In this document: piece after piece, positions 23,841 through 36,810 of the stretch
Layout of the letters: the number at the start of each line of letters is the position of its first letter
Numbering within the stretch: the first letter of the stretch is position 1
Assembly: GCA_964016885.1 (NCBI GenBank)
Contig: OZ024743.1
Coordinates: forward strand, 257,796,001 to 257,860,000
DNA: 64,000 nucleotides
Direction of reading: 5' to 3'
From: Eledone cirrhosa
Lineage: Eukaryota
Program-made: the position numbers and the translations under genes
Notes under the pieces: model-generated
Databases searched by the model: none
What the model was told of the DNA's origin: nothing
Seen by the model: only the letters and a program-made list of their open reading frames with translations

Positions 23841-23845
<5 letters not shown>

Positions 23846-25178
23846 GAAAATAAAACAAAGAAGCCTTCAATACATCAAAAGTCTTTATTAGCCAACAATC
23901 TTTCGTCCTATTAAGGACTCATCAGGGCAATAAAAACCACAAGAAGCACTATCGGCCAATACAAGCCGAAAACTCCGAAGAATATGGAGTGTACATACAC
24001 TAAAGTATTGGAAGATTATGGGTAAAAATATATAATAAAAATCACTAAGCAGGTGGATAACATTTTGAACCATATTACAAATATAGTCCAAAGCAAAAAA
24101 CTAGAGCTAAACAAAGGTGGTTATATAGAGCGGGAATTATAGTACTATATGTAATACAATATAATATAACATAATATACTTGTAACAATATTAAAATTAA
24201 AATTAAAAGGCACAATATACATATGTATATATATACGCACACGTACGCACATATACATATACATCAATACAGATTTCCATCATTAACAGCACAAATTAAA
24301 CCTTATTAAGAGTTTAAATATAAATAAGCATAATAGGAATAAAAATAAAAATAATACGTCTATCTAATATACACTATAACATGAAGTAATGAAATGATTA
24401 AAAGTAACACATATATTTTTTTTCTCGCCTGCTCTGTAACTCTATATGAATTGATTTGTTAACTTACATGCCATTATATATTATATATTATTATATTATT
24501 ATTATAGTGTTATTGTGACATCTATATTGTTTGTGTAAATTGACCGGAGATTATCTATTATATTATATTATATATTTTATAATTATATAACTTATTATAT
24601 ATTATATGTGTTACTTTTAATCATTTCATTACTTCATGTTATGCTGTATATTAGATATACGTATTATTTTTATTTTTATTCCTATTATGCTTATTTATAT
24701 TTAAACTCTTAATAAGGTTTAATTTGTGCTGTTAATGATGGAAATCTGTATTGATGTATATGTACATGTGCGTACGTGTGCGTATATATATACATATGTA
24801 TATTGTGCCTTTTAATTTTAATTTTAATTTTAATTTTGTTACAAGTATATTATATTATATTATATTGTATTACATATAGTACTATAATTCCCGCTCTATA
24901 TAACCACCTTTGTTTAGCTCTAGTTTTTTGCTTTGGACTATATTTGTAATATGGTTCAAAATGTTATCCACCTCCTTAGCGATTTTTATTATATATTTTT
25001 ACCCATAATCTTCCAATACATTAGTGTATGTACACTCCATATTCTTCGGAGTTTTCGGCTTGTATTGGCCGATAGTGCTTCTTGTGGTTTTTATTGTCCT
25101 GTTGAGTCCTTAATAGGACGAAAGATTGTTGGCTAATAAAGACTTTTGATGTATTGAAGGCTTCTTTGTTTTATTTTC

Positions 25179-25181
<3 letters not shown>
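23841..25181. mobile_element. 1.3 kb non-coding inverted-repeat element with a hammerhead near each outer end
   Basis: 23841-24415 is the reverse complement of 24604-25181 (mirror ORFs 23888-24091 and 24933-25136); TA-flanked. Confidence 0.85.
23884..23934 (-). ncRNA. Type I hammerhead motif (mirror copy at 25090-25140 has a mutated core, CTGTTGA)
   Basis: ttattgcc-CTGATGA-gtcct/aggac-GAAA-gattgtt-ggctaataa; stem III is imperfect. Confidence 0.65.
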
Positions 25182-25256
<75 letters not shown>

Positions 25257-25283
25257 TATATATATATATATATATAATATTAT

Positions 25284-25398
25284 AAGTTGAAATAAAATGA
25301 AAACGTAATTTCATTTCTCACTCTTAGTACGGCACTTACTTAAATGTAAGTATGTGTGTGTACGTACATACATATATGAATACAGACGTACAGTAGCA

Positions 25399-25492
<94 letters not shown>

Positions 25493-25893
25493 CAGGTACA
25501 CATACATATATGCACGTATCAGTTTAGCGGACGCTTATTATAACGCCGCTTTGTTCGTTTGTAAACAAACTGAACAGCCTGATTTTTATGCCGTACGGTG
25601 TTAAGGCAACCCCGTCACCTTTTTGTTCAACACTGACACAAGAACGATGTACTAGTTTCAAGCTTGTTAGCTATCATCAGCACCGTATACCCATCTGCCA
25701 GATAGTTGAACGTTCGAACAAGCTTGAAACTAGTACATCGTTCCTGTGTCAGTGTTGAACACAAAGGTGACGTGGTTGCCTTAACACCGTACGGCATAAA
25801 AATTCAGGCTGTTCAGTTTGTTTACAAACGAACAAAGCGGCGTTATAATAAGCGTCCGCTAAACTGATACGTGCATATATGTATGTGTACCTG

Positions 25894-25933
<40 letters not shown>

Positions 25934-25990
25934 TGCTACTGTACGTCTGTATACATATATGTATGTACGTATACACACATACTTACATAT
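25284..25990. mobile_element. Inverted-repeat copy of the 18215-type element; hammerhead at 25645-25685 (-)
   Basis: ~25340-25667 is the reverse complement of ~25717-25987; cggtg-CTGATGA-t-agct/agct-t-GAAA-CTAG-TA-catcg. Confidence 0.8.
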
Positions 25991-26035
25991 AATATTATAT
26001 ATATATATATAATATTATATATATATATATATATA

Positions 26036-26079
<44 letters not shown>

Positions 26080-26181
26080 TATATATATATATATAATATT
26101 ATATATACATATATATATATATAATATTATATATATATATATATAATATTATATATACATATATATATATATATATATTGA

Positions 26182-26239
<58 letters not shown>

Positions 26240-26255
26240 TATATATATATATATA

Positions 26256-26293
<38 letters not shown>

Positions 26294-26319
26294 TATATAT
26301 ATATATATATAATATTATT

Positions 26320-26353
<34 letters not shown>

Positions 26354-27387
26354 ATATTATATATATATATATTATATATATATATATATTATATATATAT
26401 ATTATATTATATATATATTATATTATATATATATATTATATATATATATTTATATTATATTATATATATATATATATTATATTATATATAATATATTATA
26501 TATATATATATAATATTATATTATATATATATATATATTATATTATATATAATATATTATATATATATATATAATATTATATATATATATTATTGTTATA
26601 CTTTGGGAGGGTCATGTTACCAATAAGAAACACACGCACCAGTTGCTTTCACTTCAATTTATTATAATAAATTTATAATAAATTTATAAATTTATAAATT
26701 TCTGGTTGGTTGGTTGGTTCCACAACCAGATAGTTGTTTATATATAGTCATAGTTCTTTCGTCACACACTCTGTGACCTCTTCAGTGACTGGGGATTCCT
26801 TTCTTTGTTTCTGTGCCTCTCCTTTGTTCTGTCCTACGCCATTTTGTTTCTGTGTGTGTGTTGTGTGAGAACATAGAAATAAAAATAGAATCTACACACA
26901 GAAAAGACGCAATGTTTAGACAAATTACAGAGGCAATAAACATAAAAGAATTAAAACCAAAATTAAATAGAAAATATGAGTGGAACAGCAACATCACAAC
27001 CTACAATTAAGGACAAAATGAAAACACACACACACATAGAACAAACAACCAACCAGTAACATGTAAATAAACAAATAAATAAATGAACATAAACACACAC
27101 AGACACCCGGATGTGGCGCATGCGCAGACTGAGCACACAACACATACACAGAAACAAAATGGCGTAGGACAGAACAAAGGAGAGGCACAGAAACAAAGAA
27201 AGGAATCCCCAGTCACTGAAGAGGTTACAGAGTGTGTGACGAAAGAACTATGACTATATATATAAACAACTATCTGGTTGTGGAACCAACCAACCAACCA
27301 GAAATTTATAAATTAATAAATTTATTATAAATTTATTATTATAAATTGAAGTGAAAGCAACTGGTGCGTGTGTTTCTTATTGGCAAC

Positions 27388-30300
27388 ATCACCCTCCCAA
27401 AGTATAACAATATCGGTTTCAACACACGATTTCAGATAAAGAATCTTGCTAAACAAATTCAGAAACGAAATATCGTAAGCCTTAGCCAGGCTAACAAGAT
27501 ACTGAAAACCAGCATGTTCTGTTGTCTACGAAAAACCATAACATCTCGACAACTACACTTCATAAAAGAATGCGCCTCATCCCGAGTTTACACCAACACC
27601 ATCAACACCGACGTTAGAAGATTACAACTCACCAAAAAACAAACAGATAGGCTAAAACGAACATTAATTCTAAACATAAAAAAGAAGATCTATAGAGAAT
27701 TAAGTCATCAAGAAAAACATAAGCGTAAGCGTAACCTAATACAAGAAATAGCTAGGATCACCACACCAAGAGAGAAACTAATATTTATAAGCCTTATACG
27801 CCCTGAAGAACAGTACATTACTCAAGAATGTGATAAGCACTTTAACAAGAAACTAAAGTGGCTTAAGCAGATAAAGCTAAATCAGGATACTATAGAGAAT
27901 ACCAATAGATATCCCGACAGAATTGACGGTATAAATATGGCCGACACCTCATGAACAGAAGAGTTCAACAACAACAACAACACAAATATATACGGTAACA
28001 CAAGAATAGATAACGATGAGATATTTGTGTTATGTTTACCCCCGAAATTTGCGACATTCAAGAAGGTAAATATGATTAGTTGTCTATCAGAAATAGAAAA
28101 AATCATTTACAAAGCTACGCTGGAGCCTCAAAAACAAAAACAAAAACAAAAGCAACAATATACGCACACACATATACAACACACATCCCAACAACAACAG
28201 ACACACAGACACAAACAACAATAACAACAACACACACACCAACAACAACAACAATAACAACATACCCAGAAACAAGAACAACAGCCACACAGACACAAAC
28301 AACAATAACAACACACACAACAACAATAACACACACGGAGACAACAACAACACACATCAACAACAGCACACATAAACAACAACACACACATATTCAATGG
28401 CTCTCACCACCACCACAATCTTAACAAACACACAGACACAGAAAACAAGTAATGACAGTAGCACAGAAATCATAGAAATAAGGGAAAGTAATAGGATTAA
28501 AAAGAGAAGGGAGACCAAGGACAAAGAGAATAACCAAGACGAACACACAGACACACAAAATAGGGTAGATAACAACAATGAGCCAGTGGAAAGAGACAGG
28601 AGTAATTGTGAGAGACATAGAAACAACCATGAGGCTGTTGGTGGAAATAGAAATAGAAACAACACAACTAACAATAACAATAGCACTAGTACACATAAAG
28701 CAGCAGCCTGGAATTTTACGTTTTATAATCCCTCCGATAAATCATTCGACCTGCGACGAGTCCACGCCACGACTTTACCATTTAACAAACGCACGCAATT
28801 GCCGTCGCAGGTCGATGAACAAACAGAAGCACAATTTAGTATAGCTAGATCCGAACTTAGAAATATTATAGAACAATATAGCAAGAAGCATAATAGAATG
28901 GAGGCCCAGCAACTGGGAGAAAAATCTGCAAATGGCTTGCGTAAGCTCATGCAGCGCTCACGTAATGGAGAGATAGCATGCTTTCCAACAGACAAGTCTG
29001 GCAGAATGTCAGTTGACAGCCTGCCAAACTCCATCCAGGCAATGCAACCCACATCACTAACACAAGAGAGGTAACACCACAGGAGCATCAGGGTAGAGAA
29101 AAAGCCCTCAATGCCCATATGGTGATGTGGACGAATATAATGCAGCCCAACAAAAGGACTGCCAACAACTTCCAGGCCTGGAACAATGACGTGCCGGCGT
29201 TGTATGGGCTTCGAAAAGACCATAAAACGGGCTGTGACCCTGTCGCGGGACCACCAACACGGCCAGTCTGTGGAGCTAACATTGCTAGTAACTACAGACT
29301 GTCCTACTTCCTCTCGCTGATCATACTCCCCATCATTGAAATGTACCCAGATGTATGTGACAGCACGGAAGACCTCCTCAGCAGAATCGGCGTGAGTAAC
29401 CGATCTGGGGACCTAACAAACTGCATAATAGGCAGTATGGATGTTGTGTCCCTGTATCCATCTATTGACGTGGATTTTGCTGTGGAGAAATGCGTAGAAA
29501 TGATCAGTGAGAGCAGGTTGAGTTCCGTGAGATTGATACCAGTGAGCTTGTACTCCTACTTAAGCTTACCCATAGTAATAATTACCTAGACACATATGAC
29601 CTTAGCAACTTGTGCCCTACAAGACCAGCAAGAGGCAGACCACCTACCATTACCTCAATGGCCAAGAAAACCCACACAGATAGATGGAACGGGTGGACCA
29701 GAGCCATACGGACACCCGAAAACCACGATGAACTGAAGAAAATGATTGCACATGCGGTAGGGGCCAGCATAAATCTAAATCTTAAGGAACATATGTTTAA
29801 ATTTAATGGAAAAACATATGCCCAAGAGGAAGGAGCATCCATTGGTGTTAGCATTGCAGGCGACATAGCTAACTTATTCATGGTATGGTGGGACAGTAGA
29901 ATTAAACTTAAACTTAAAGAACAATTAGAAGACCCCTTAACCCTGATAATGTACTCCCGCTACGTAGATGATATAAACATCGTAGTTAAGACACCCCCAC
30001 TAGAGAACAGTCAGGAACTAGAGAAAAACACAATGGAAAGCATCCAGCAAATAGCAAACTCCATCCACCAGAGCATTAGAGTTACTATAGACTACCCAAG
30101 TAAACACCCCAACCATCGATTACCTGTACTAGACACAGAGCTCTGGTTAGATACCATTAACAACAAAAAACAAATCCTCCATTCCCATTATGACAAACCC
30201 ATGACTTCCAAACATCTGATCCACCGAAACTCGGCCGTTTCGGACCATACCAAAATCAACATACTGATTGCGGATTTGGTACGGGTGATGAGAAATGTGT

Positions 30301-31091
30301 CCCGCATGTGCAACCCCGAAGAACTAGAGAGACACATACAACACTTCATCCACCGTATGCAGTTCTCTGGCTACAATCAGAGAGATAACATCAGAGAGTA
30401 TAGAGGAGCCAGAACCAAATGGGGAAAAATGGTAAATAATGACATAAATGGGACCTGCCCCTTGTATAGGAGCAAATTTTGGAATAGAATAGAAAGAACT
30501 AGGAACAAGGCTAATAGAATAAACTCATGGTATGATAGCAATAAATAAAAGAGTGTAATGTTCATCGATACAACCCGTAGAGGTGAATTAGCTTACAAAT
30601 TTAGAAGGGCCCTAAATAAACATAAACTCAATATTAAGATAGTAGAAAGACCAGGTATCTCCGTAAAAACACTTATTAGCAAGACATGCCCTTTTCAAAG
30701 ACCCTCATGTATAGATAAGAAATGTATAACCTGTAAAATAAGCCCCCATATTAACTGTAAAACTAGAAATGTAGTGTATAGCATAAGATGTACTGAAGGA
30801 CAATGTAGAGACAAAAATATAGTGTACATAGGTGAGACAGCTCGTAGTGTAGGGGAACGAATAAATGAACACTGGCGTGACCTTCAAGATAATAAAGAAT
30901 CATCTGTACTCTACCAACATGCTAAAATAGAACACAAGAGTAAATTAGAGGATATAGAAATAAAAATAGAATCTACACACAGAAAAGACGCAATGTTTAG
31001 ACAAATTACAGAAGCAATAAACATAAAAGAATTACAACCAAAATTAAATAGAAAATATGAGTGGAACAGCAACATCACAACTTACAATTAA
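27388..31091 (+). pseudogene. PLE-A polyprotein (long N-terminus, RT, Cys-rich linker, GIY-YIG) with several stops and frameshifts
   Basis: ORF pieces 27364-27954, 28397-29074, 29119-29589, 29610-30548, 30558-31091. Confidence 0.88.
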
Positions 31092-31187
31092 GGACACAAT
31101 GAAAACACACACACACATAGAACAAACAACCAACCAGTAACATGTAAATAAACAAATAAATAAATGAACATAAACACACACAGACAC

Positions 31188-31245
31188 CCGGATGTGGCGC
31201 ATGCGCAGACTGAGCACACAACACACACACAGAAACAAAATGGCG
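31188..31245 (+). promoter_or_regulatory. Putative pseudo-LTR promoter with Ets-like, NRF-1-like and YY1-like motifs
   Basis: CCGGATGT, GCGCATGCGCA and AAAATGGCG clustered upstream of the hammerhead in each complete PLE-A pseudo-LTR. Confidence 0.45.
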
Positions 31246-31585
31246 TAGGACAGAACAAAGGAGAGGCACAGAAACAAGGAAGGAATCCCCAGTCACTGAA
31301 GAGGTCACATAGTGTGTGACGAAAGAACTATGACTATATATAAACAACTATCTGGTTGTGGAACCAACCAACCAACCAGAAATTTATAAATTTATAATTT
31401 TATTATAAATTTATTATAATAAATTGAAGTGAAAGCAACTGGTGCGTGTGTTTCTTATTGGCAACATGACCCTCCCAAAGTATAACAATATCGGTTTCAA
31501 CACACGATTTCAGATAAAGAATCTTGCTAAACAAATTCAGAAACGAAATATATATATTATATTATATATATATATATTATATATA

Positions 31586-31616
<31 letters not shown>

Positions 31617-31643
31617 ATATTATATATATATTTTATATATATA

Positions 31644-31691
<48 letters not shown>

Positions 31692-31796
31692 TATATATAT
31701 ATTATATTATATATATATATATATTTATATTATATTATATATATATATATATAATATTATATATATACATTATATTATATATATATATATTTATAT

Positions 31797-31845
<49 letters not shown>

Positions 31846-33854
31846 TATATATATATATACTAGCAGAAGTACCCGGCGTTGCAGTGGTATAAGTCGACCT
31901 TTGGTCTGTTAGAATATGTGAAAGTTACTTCCCGAGCATCACAGGTTCAAAACTTCGAACTTCAATGAAAAAAATTAGGTTAGTAGACGCAGGTTTTTAA
32001 TTTATTAATTGTAGTTACACATTGTATCGTTGAAATTGTTCTCTGCACGACTGACGGAAGTCAAAATCGCTTGATATTGAATGTTCAGCTAATTTAAAGC
32101 AGGGTGAAAATGTCGATTTTTTTCAGGTTTTTTTTTTTTTTACAATTTTTGCGCTCACATGTGCAGAAGAAGAATTAAAAGGGACTTTATCATAACCGCG
32201 GCATAATGGCGAGTCTTTTGTGACAGTTTTCAAGAATATCGGACGTTCCTGTAAAAAGTTTTCCCATGTGTAACTTTGCCTTGTTGTTTTGCGCAAAGTC
32301 GAGCCCCGCTTCAGTTTTATTGATTTTTTACATCAATGCGTGATCTCTGAAGTAGATTTGAGTAGCTAAAAACCTGTCCCGGTAAATTTGCTCTAGGTGA
32401 AAAAAAGTTGATCAAAATTGTATCTAGGGTTATTGCCCTTTGCAACAGCCTAAACGTGTCAAGTATGGTTTGTTAATTTGCTGTGGAACTAAATCTACTT
32501 TCGTCAAATCGGACCGAGGAATCAATGTTTCCATTTCTCTTTCTAGCTAGTGTACTCGGATACACACGGGTTTATAAGGCGCTGGATTTAAATAAATGAA
32601 GAACAAACGTTTCCTTTTGTGCTCCAATCTGTGATATTGGTATTTTGAAAAAATAGTCCCCAAACATCCATGGTGCATGTGTAACGCATGTATCAGGTTA
32701 TGAGAAAAAGGCTTTTCGATTCTCCATACATAAGATACAAAAAAATTGCACGCAAATAAAACGGGATTTTAAGGCACTGCCCAATTCATAGCTGAAAGGT
32801 AAGAATCAAGTGGAATAATGTTTTGCGACATTGTCAAATGTACAACCGTACAAAAGAAAAGGATATAGCCATTGAAATCTAGGTAGACCAAAGAATTTGG
32901 TGGTGTTGTATATTACAGGATTGTTTCCCTTGTGATTCGCGTCTACCCTAAAAGTGAAGTTAGGTGATTGTAGTCGGTGTTGTATAAAAAAATAAAAGCA
33001 TACGGAAGATTGAATACTTACGAATTAAGTGAAAATCACGTTGATATTCCTATCGGAGCAAAATGTGCCGAAAAACCTGGCGGATTGTTGTGTCAATATT
33101 GAAATCGTAGAAATTGCGAATCCCGACCTATAAGATATAATGGCTAGGCCTTGGACGTGAAGGGGAAGAATTGGTATAATTGTTTTGCTGAACATTTTGA
33201 CCATTAATTTAAATAGACATGTGGTTTGGTTGTTTATGACCTAGAATTAGGGCCGGTTAAACATGGCAGAAAAATAAGCCATGCTAATGATGTTTAGGGG
33301 TGTCGCAGGGAATAGATGAGGAGTTCTGAGTCAATTGTGAGGACAGTGGATGGTATGTTGATCGCTTTAGAAGACGCGATGCTACACAGGATGCTTCTCG
33401 GCCAAAATGAGGCTCGATGATCGCTTGAGAAGACTGGGCACAATACAGGATGATGCGCGGCGGTATAGTCTTGATAGTCCGTATATAAGAAATGGAAGAA
33501 TCGTCATAAAATTTTTGCTGAATATGGTGAGCGTTAATGTAAAGAGATTTACGATGGATAATCCTGATAAATTGGACGTTTTTGCATGGCGGGAGTCGCG
33601 ATAAATGGGGGCAAGAAGAATGGCGTTTTTCGGTTGCCGGATTGTGATGCTCAATGAAGCTGATAGTTAACGGCGTGCGCGAAGGGATGCTTTAAGGCTC
33701 TGAATGGTGAATTGGCCCCAGGGTAGAAGATGTTAGAGATAGATGAGGTTTTTGTAAAGCAGAAAGTACTGCAGCTTAGAAGAATGGATAAGCTTTTGTA
33801 GATAAGCTTTGACGTTTCGCAGTGAAAAAGCGCTCGTGTGAGGGTAACCATGTG

Positions 33855-34330
33855 TTAATTCTCTAACACCTCATGGTAGACAACGTTTTGTGTCTTGCCC
33901 TCAGGAGCATGGATGAAGAGGCTTTGTGGACTCCCGACCCTTGAGCACACAACATACAACTGGCCATGTGAAAAAACAGGTTCAGAAAGTTCTAAGCCAA
34001 CCACGTGCAATGACTGCCCTTGCGCCTTGTTAATGCTCATTGCAAAGCTTAATTTCAATGGAAATTGCAGTCGTCGAAACTGAAAGGGCATATCGGATGG
34101 AATGAGTGGTATTCTGGGTATGAAGACATCCTCACCACTGGCTGGTCCATTTAAGACAGTAGCCTCTAAGACTTTTGACATCATGGTCTTAATGGTCAGC
34201 CGCGTTCCGTTACAATGTTTCGGAGGGTCTAAGTTTCTTAACAGCATAACTGGAGAGCCCCTTTTAAGTAGCAAGTTATGCTGGGGAAGTCCTTGTGGTG
34301 TAAGGCTGTTTACAAATTCAACCGGGTAAT
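33855..34330 (-). pseudogene. Helitron PIF1-like helicase C-terminus
   Basis: VMLLRNL..CNGTRL, RLQFPLKLSFAMSINKAQGQS, HGQLYVVCSRV; Walker A/B region missing. Confidence 0.9.
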
Positions 34331-36810
34331 GCTCCCTGTCGGCGCCTGGTCCATTTATTATGTGCCCAGGTGTAGTAGGTTGGGACATCGGCATAATGAA
34401 GCGTTTTAGCAAACGGATCCTCTTGGAACAATTGGAAGAAAGCCGTTAATTTTGTTGCAGATGGGTTGGCCAACATGCGGCTGGCGGTTTCGTCAGTATA
34501 GTACACTCTTTGCCCATTCTCCAAGTGAATATTCAAGTTTACGACTGTTGGTGAACGCTGATGAATGTCAAAACCAAAAATCCTCCAAATCGCCTGATTG
34601 GATGAAATGTACCTGCCGATTTGATATTGTTGTATTTCATCAGGTTTTGCCCTGCCACCTTGGAGTTCAATGACAGCCATATCCCCTCCCTTGTTTATGT
34701 ACTTGCATATGTACTTAATGCTCTTCACCGACGTACATGACTCAACATTGATGTGAGCATTAAAAATCTTGGCAAGAAGAGGGTTATATGGTACCACCCA
34801 CCTGTTGTCGAGGACAATCTCCTGCCCGTGCAGCTTTATTTTTGCTGTAGCCCCACCATCCGCGGGTGCGCGCCGTCTATAGATAGGATAGCCGTCGATC
34901 TCTGTGCGTGTTTCCCGTGTAAAAGGTCGTGGAAACCTTTTAGTGCACTTGTTATTCTCCATGCAAGGTGAATTAAAGTTAAGGGCGCCGCAGGGTCCGT
35001 GCATCAATTGTTTGCTCACGGTGTTGAACAATTGCACATCGGTTTGCGGATTGGGCAGTTCTGCGCAAATAATGTTGTCCATGTCCGTTGGCCGTATCCT
35101 GCCCTTGCACCATATAAGGATGTAAGAATGTGGTAGTCCCCGCATCTGCCACTCCACGGTATACATCCATGCATTAAGACCACCAAATATTTTGCCGTCT
35201 TTCAGTAGCCACATCAATTTCTTGAGTTTCTGCTGGAAGACTCTGGCTATGAGGTCGTGCCTGTCACTACTCACCTGGCCCCGGAAGAGGTAGGTTTGAA
35301 TTTCGACCCATTTTGGATTGCAAGTGAGGGTGATGAAATGATCAGGCCTGCCAAATTTACGAACGCAAGACATTGCATCCTGAGTTCTTTGGTGCATATA
35401 CCGAGAGGATCCTGTGAAACTTGATGGAAGGATCACCTGTTGTCCGTCGTTTCCGGCATAGCCATCACGACTCAGGGCGTCCTGTAAATGGATGTATTCC
35501 TCCGCACACAGTTTCTTTTGGTTGAGTCGAATAAAAAGCAGACGTTCTGCCTCGATTTTGGCAAACATATCCACAATGTATTGATTCGTCAGCTGCCTGA
35601 ATCGAAGAAGCTGATTAAAATCTCCACTCCTTACCATAAAGCGGTAGGCATAAAAGTCCATACATGAAATGGATTTCCATGATTCACTACCATTGGAATA
35701 ATTTACATGACAAAGAGCAAAATTGTATCCGTCCTCTCCGTGGGGGAATAAAAGAGGATACTGAAGGCAATCATACGATCTATGTGTCTCTGTGACAAAC
35801 ACCAGCCGACTGTCACGGTGCTGAAGGACAATATCGCGTTTACCGTGCTCCTCGCCAACCAAAATCACTGCTACCTCATTGGTATTTGGTGCATTGAAAC
35901 GACGGGCATGCTCGCCAGCTGGTCGCCTGTCAGCCCTTATAATCACCTTGATGTTCGGCGTGGTTTCAATTTGTTCCAAGGCAAACTTGAAATCGTGAAC
36001 GTAGGGATGAGTCACATGGAGCATTGTCTGCAGACCTGCTATTATTCGCCTATCTACACCCTCGTTTAACTTGCAGCGTTGGTCAATCTCGGCCTCACCT
36101 CCACCCCAAAAGAAAACCTGCAGAAACTTTGGCTCTTCATTTGGACGCGGACGAAGACTACGCATGCGATGGTAGCATTGGCCTTGAAGTCTGAATGTAG
36201 TGAAAACGTTGTTGTTGGGGTTCACGCTGTTGTTGGTGTTGTTATTGTCTACACCAAAGGAGGTCATCATGAAACAGGTGTTGTATTTCCACATATTACG
36301 GCGGAACGTTGTAGCCGTAGTGTCGTCACCTGTAAGTAGATTCAGAAGAACGTATGGCGGGTCAGCCAATGCTCCTAGTTGCACCTTACCTCCTGCACAA
36401 CACATAGAAGGCGTCTCACCTGGTCACTTCATTGCGTTGCAGGATGTACAGACATTATCCATTTTACCGATGGAAATTGTAGGCAGAAGTCCGTAATCCT
36501 CAGAGGGTTTATATCTGAAGGCTGCTTTTACCAAGCCTGAGCTCTTGGTAATAGTAGTTAACGTATGCCGGAAACGCTTAGCAGCAAGCTTGTTGTCTCT
36601 GTCTGCCGTGGACTCCTCTGCAAGTGCTTGTTGACGATGAAGGCGAACCCCAGCAAGCCTCGTCTGACGGGATGTTGGTGATTCCTCCGCCAGCGCTTGT
36701 TGGCGACGAAGGCGAACATCAGCAAGCCTTGTCGTACGTGATGTTGGTGACTCAACCAGCCGGGAAAGACGTCTATCAGCGAGTCGAGATTCGCGCTCAG
36801 CAGGTGTTTC
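34318..36810 (-). pseudogene. Helitron Rep (HUH endonuclease) with N-terminal zinc-finger/repeat region
   Basis: CCAGGKV, FITLTCNPKW, VEWQMRGLPHSYIL, YICKYINKG in ORF 34318-36405. Confidence 0.92.

Larger units (their letters stand above)
26591..31550 (+). mobile_element. Full-length PLE family A: inverted pseudo-LTR (26591-26865), partial tandem copy with pseudo-LTR (26866-27470), disrupted ORF, 3' pseudo-LTR
   Basis: ORF begins inside the pseudo-LTR (xTLPKYNNIGFN); RT motifs LYGLRKDHK, TRPVCG, GSMDVVSLYPSI, QEEGASIG, YSRYVDD; GIY-YIG at 30558-31091; three hammerheads. Confidence 0.93.

Noticed and set aside
27952-30548. In-frame stops in PLE-A as possible selenocysteine recoding, as in some Naiads
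   Set aside because: Stops are mixed TGA/TAA/TAG, are not shared between copies and come with frameshifts, which indicates ordinary decay
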